In this document: positions 59,753 through 64,000 of the stretch, in pieces
Layout of the letters: each line of letters starts with the position of its first letter
Numbering within the stretch: the first letter of the stretch is position 1
DNA from: an uncultured delta proteobacterium
GTDB taxonomy: Bacteria; Myxococcota_A; Polyangia; Fen-1088
Direction of reading: 5' to 3'
DNA: 64,000 nucleotides
NCBI GenBank assembly: GCA_963755125.1
Contig: CAVWIP010000017.1
Location: 64,001-128,000 of the forward strand
Notes under the pieces: generated by a model
Seen by the model: only the letters and a program-made list of their open reading frames with translations
What the model was told of the DNA's origin: nothing
Databases searched by the model: none
Position numbers and translations under genes: made by a program

Positions 59753-60816
59753 TGGCACAGAGGCGCAATTGGCCCATTGTGATTCTGGCCGTGGCGGTGA
59801 TCGCGGTGCACCTGGCGAGCGCGGCAGCGGGCAAGCCGCAATACCTAACCCAGCTCACCATGGCCGGATACTACTCGCTGGTCATCGTGGGACTCACCTT
59901 GTTGATGGGTTACACCGGCCAGATCTCGCTGGGGCACGCCGGATTTTTCGCCATTGGCGGCTACACCTCGGGCCTGCTGACCACGTACAACCTGCAAGGT
60001 GGCGGGGCATTCGTTTCGCTGCTGCGGGCGACGGGGCTGCTGGTCGCGGGCAAGGATCTGTACGGCGGCGATCTTCTGGTCATGCGTCCGTGGCTGGCCT
60101 GCCTGATTGCGCTGGCGGTGGCTGTGGCGATTGCCTATCTGGTGGGCAAACCGGTTTTGAAGCTGAGAGGCCACTACCTGGCCATGGCCACTTTGGGATT
60201 TGGCACCATCGTGTACAAGGTAGTGCTGGGCAGCAGCCTGGTGGGCGCGGCTGACGGGATCTCGGACATTCCCGCCTTCCCGCTCTTCGCGGGACTGGCA
60301 GTGACGGGAAAATCCGCCCTGCGCGTGCAGAACTACTATGTGGCCTGGGGCCTGGTGCTGGCGGCGATGGCTTTGCTGACCAATCTCATTCACTCGCGGG
60401 TGGGGCGCGCCCTGCGCGCGATTCACGGCGCCGAGGACGCGGCGGACGCCATGGGCGTGGACACCGCCCGTTACAAGCTGCAGGTATTCGTGCTGAGCGC
60501 CGCGCTGGCGGCGCTGGGCGGCGTGTTTCTCACCCACTACAACGGCGGCATTGGTCCTTCCGAGGCCTCTATCATGAAGTCGGTGCGCTACGTGGCCATT
60601 GTGGCCGTCGGCGGAATGGCCAACCTGTGGGGTGCCCTGATCATGGGCGTGTTGCTCAATTTCCTCTCGTTGCGTGGCTCCTTCGGATCGTACGACGACG
60701 CGGTCTTCGGCGTGATTCTCCTGGCCATCATGCTGTTCGCGCCCGACGGGCTGCTGCGCGTGGAACTGGTGCGGCGCCTGCCCAGCATGCGTCGCCTGAG
60801 GGGGCGAGCGCCGTGA
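59752..60816 (+). CDS. LivM-like ABC permease
   Basis: GYTGQISLGHAGFFAIG, LRGHYLAMATLGFG, SRVGRALRAI. Confidence 0.93.
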   Translation: MAQRRNWPIVILAVAVIAVHLASAAAGKPQYLTQLTMAGYYSLVIVGLTLLMGYTGQISLGHAGFFAIGGYTSGLLTTYNLQGGGAFVSLLRATGLLVAGKDLYGGDLLVMRPWLACLIALAVAVAIAYLVGKPVLKLRGHYLAMATLGFGTIVYKVVLGSSLVGAADGISDIPAFPLFAGLAVTGKSALRVQNYYVAWGLVLAAMALLTNLIHSRVGRALRAIHGAEDAADAMGVDTARYKLQVFVLSAALAALGGVFLTHYNGGIGPSEASIMKSVRYVAIVAVGGMANLWGALIMGVLLNFLSLRGSFGSYDDAVFGVILLAIMLFAPDGLLRVELVRRLPSMRRLRGRAP

Positions 60817-61569
60817 GCCTGCTCGTGGTCAAGAATCTGTGCAAGCGCTTCGGCGGCCTACAGGCGGTGGGCAACGTCAGTTTCACCGTCGCTGCCGGCA
60901 GCATCAAGGCGCTCATCGGTCCCAACGGCGCCGGCAAGACGACCCTTTTCAACCTGATCTTCGGCGCACTGCCGCCCGACTCGGGCCAGGTGTGGTTTGC
61001 CGGCAAGCAGACCGACGGCTGGAAACCGCATCAGGTGGCGGCTGCGGGAATGGCGCGCACCTTCCAGCACATCCGCCTGTTTCCCAAGATGACCGCCTGG
61101 GAGAACATCGCGGTCGGCCGGCACGCGCACAGCCGGTCCGGTTTTCTGTCCAGCTTGCTCGGGCTGCCCTGGACCAGACGCGAGCAACGGGCCGTGCGCG
61201 AGAAGGCACTGGACATAATGCGCTTCCTCGGTGTGGAAGATCGCGCTGAGGTCGAGGCCAGCAGCTTGGCCTATGGCCAGCAACGCATCGTCGAGCTGGG
61301 CCGGGCGCTTGCCTGCGAGCCCAAGCTGCTCCTGCTCGACGAGCCGGCTGCCGGGCTCAACATGCGCGAGACCAGCGAGATGGCGAAGTTGATCGCGCGC
61401 ATCCGCGACACCGGCGTCACCGTGCTGCTGGTCGAACACGACATGACCCTGGTGATGAACATCTCGGACGAGATCCTGGTGTTGAGCTACGGCGAAAAGA
61501 TCGCCGACGACAGGCCGCTGGCCATCCAGAAGCATCCCGAGGTGATCGAGGTCTACCTGGGAGAGGACG

Positions 61570-61577
<8 letters not shown>
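60813..61577 (+). CDS. LivG-like ABC ATP-binding protein
   Basis: FGGLQAV, GPNGAGKTT, LLLLDEPAAG, VEHDM, YLGE. Confidence 0.94.
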
Positions 61578-62318
<741 letters not shown>

Positions 62319-62322
<4 letters not shown>

Positions 62323-63602
62323 CCATGGTCTGGGAGCCCGAAAAGGAATGCATGCAAAGGGACGAGCTGCGCCAGTTACAACTCGAACAACTCCAGGCGG
62401 TGCTGGCGCGGGTCTACATGCACGTGCCCTTTTATCGCAAGCAGTTCGATGCGTGCAAAGTCGACCCCGACGATTTCCGCAGCCTCGACGACGTGCGCCA
62501 GCTGCCGTTCACCAGCAAGGCCGACCTGCAGGAGAACTATCCCTATGGCCTGTTCGCCGTGCCTCTGCGCGAGGTGGTGCGCATCCACGCCTCGGCCTGC
62601 ATGTCCACCGTGGTGGGCTACACGCGCAACGACATCAAGACCTGGTCGAATCTGGTCGCGCGCGTGCTGGGCGCCGGGGGTGTGGGCAAGGACGATGTGG
62701 TGCAGATCGCCTACGGCTACGATCTATCGACCGGCGGTTTCGGCATCCACTATGGCGCCGAACGCATCGGAGCCTCGGTCATTCCCACCTCGACCGGAAA
62801 CACTGCCCGCCAGATCAAGATCATGCGCGATTTCAAGACCACCGCGCTGGTGTGTACGCCCAGCTACGCCCTGCTCATCGCGGAAACCATCCACAAGCAG
62901 GGCATCAATCCAGGCGTGTTGTCATTGAAGTACGGCCTGTTTGGCGGCGAGCCGTGGTCCGAGGCCGTGCGACAGGAGATCCAGGACAAGCTGCACATCG
63001 TGGCCACGGACAATTATGGCGTATCCGAGGTGATGGGGCCGGGCGTGGCCAGCGAGTGCACGGAGCGCAATGGGCTGCATATCAATGAAGACCATTTCTT
63101 GGTCGAGGTGGTCGATCCGAAGACGCTCAATCCCTTGCCGGTGGGCGAGACCGGCGAGCTGGTCATCACCACCTTGACCAAAGAGGCGTTCCCGGTGATT
63201 CGTTTCCGCACGCGCGATTTGACCAGTTTGCTGGCCGAGCCGTGCCCGTGCGGTCGCAAGACCATGCGCATGGCGCGCGTCGCGGGTCGCAGCGACGATG
63301 TACTGATCATTCGCGGAACCAAGGTGTCGCCCTCGCAGATCGCGACTTTGTTGGGCGAAATCGAGGGCCAGGTGCCGCCGCACCAGGTGGTGGTGGAACG
63401 TCCGGGCGCGCTCGACGAAGTGACTGTGCTGATCGCGCCCGGCGAATCGGGCGCCTTTGACGAGCTTCGCAAGCAGCACGAGCGCCTGGCCGCCATCGAA
63501 CGGCGACTGTCGTCCGAGCTGGGCCTGTCGATCAACGTGAAGCTTGTCGAGCGCAAGTCGGTCGAATCCGGCCCGCGTGTGCTGGATAAACGAAAGGCCT
63601 GA
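62319..63602 (+). CDS. Phenylacetate-CoA ligase (PaaK)-family protein with degenerate catalytic motifs
   Basis: LPFTSKADL..NYPYG, CTPSYAL, DNYGVSEVMGPGV, RFRTRDL, GRSDD..IIRG. Confidence 0.9.
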
Positions 63603-63644
63603 ACCCGCACGCGGATCCCGGCCTTTTCGTCCGCGAAGACGGTG

Positions 63645-64000
63645 CTACTTCTTGTCCTCGTACATCTTGGCGACGTAGGTGACAACAATGAAGAGGTTGT
63701 GGGAGACGTCCGTGATGTCGCTCGAGTCGGTGGGGTTGGCGTCGAGCTCGAGCATGTACATCGGCGCAACAGTGAGGGTAGGCGTGACTTTGAAGTCAAT
63801 GCCGACGTATGTGCGATTCTGGCGGAATCCGTCCTTCCAGTAGCCGGTGGACTTGAAGCCACCCCCGTTGGCGATCTTGCTGGTGTCGCTGTCCTCAGCG
63901 ATTCCGAAGAACACTTCGTCAGCCAGCAAGACGCCCAGCCGGTCGGTGAGCGCGTAGCGGCCCTGGAGCAGTTCGCGCAGCACGGTGCCCCAGCCCCACC
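63645..64000 (-). CDS. DUF2490-like outer-membrane beta-barrel protein, C-terminal part
   Basis: LRELL..RY...ADEVFF...GFRQNRTYVG amphipathic strands; the frame runs off the window edge. Confidence 0.6.
   Translation of the reverse strand, partial: WGWGTVLRELLQGRYALTDRLGVLLADEVFFGIAEDSDTSKIANGGGFKSTGYWKDGFRQNRTYVGIDFKVTPTLTVAPMYMLELDANPTDSSDITDVSHNLFIVVTYVAKMYEDKK

Overview
High-GC bacterial chromosome segment whose gene content points to a myxobacterium (Myxococcota): Gly/Thr-linker and Cys-rich lipoproteins, a DUF4215/fibro-slime protein, an ECF-FecR pair, a Ser/Thr kinase and a specialised Hsp70. The centrepiece is an ~22 kb tyrosine-integrase island (about 23.8-45.7 kb) inserted in the 3' end of tRNA-Val(TAC). 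It has a satellite-like core: P4-type integrase, HTH protein, AlpA, a Toprim/D5 primase-helicase and a highly divergent family A DNA polymerase. Its cargo is a four-gene RadA-like ATPase/zinc-finger module, a GIY-YIG-like protein, and a type I restriction-modification operon interleaved with a YhcG/DUF1016 nuclease, a PHP-ABC-ATPase and an ATPase-TOPRIM fusion. The yhcG gene carries two perfect intragenic DNA palindromes. Two further copies of the tRNA 3' end mark older islands stacked at the same site: an AraC/aldo-keto reductase segment, and a doubly deleted relic of the same R-M operon. Five island genes each lack one base, which may be sequencing error. The left end holds a dinB end, a split tRNA-Gly/integrase scar, lipoproteins, a serpin and an internally deleted IS. 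The right end holds an Hsp70-J domain-kinase cluster, a toxin-antitoxin graveyard, and a liv-type ABC/PaaK-like operon whose ligase lacks canonical catalytic motifs. All family calls are by eye from motifs; no database search was run.
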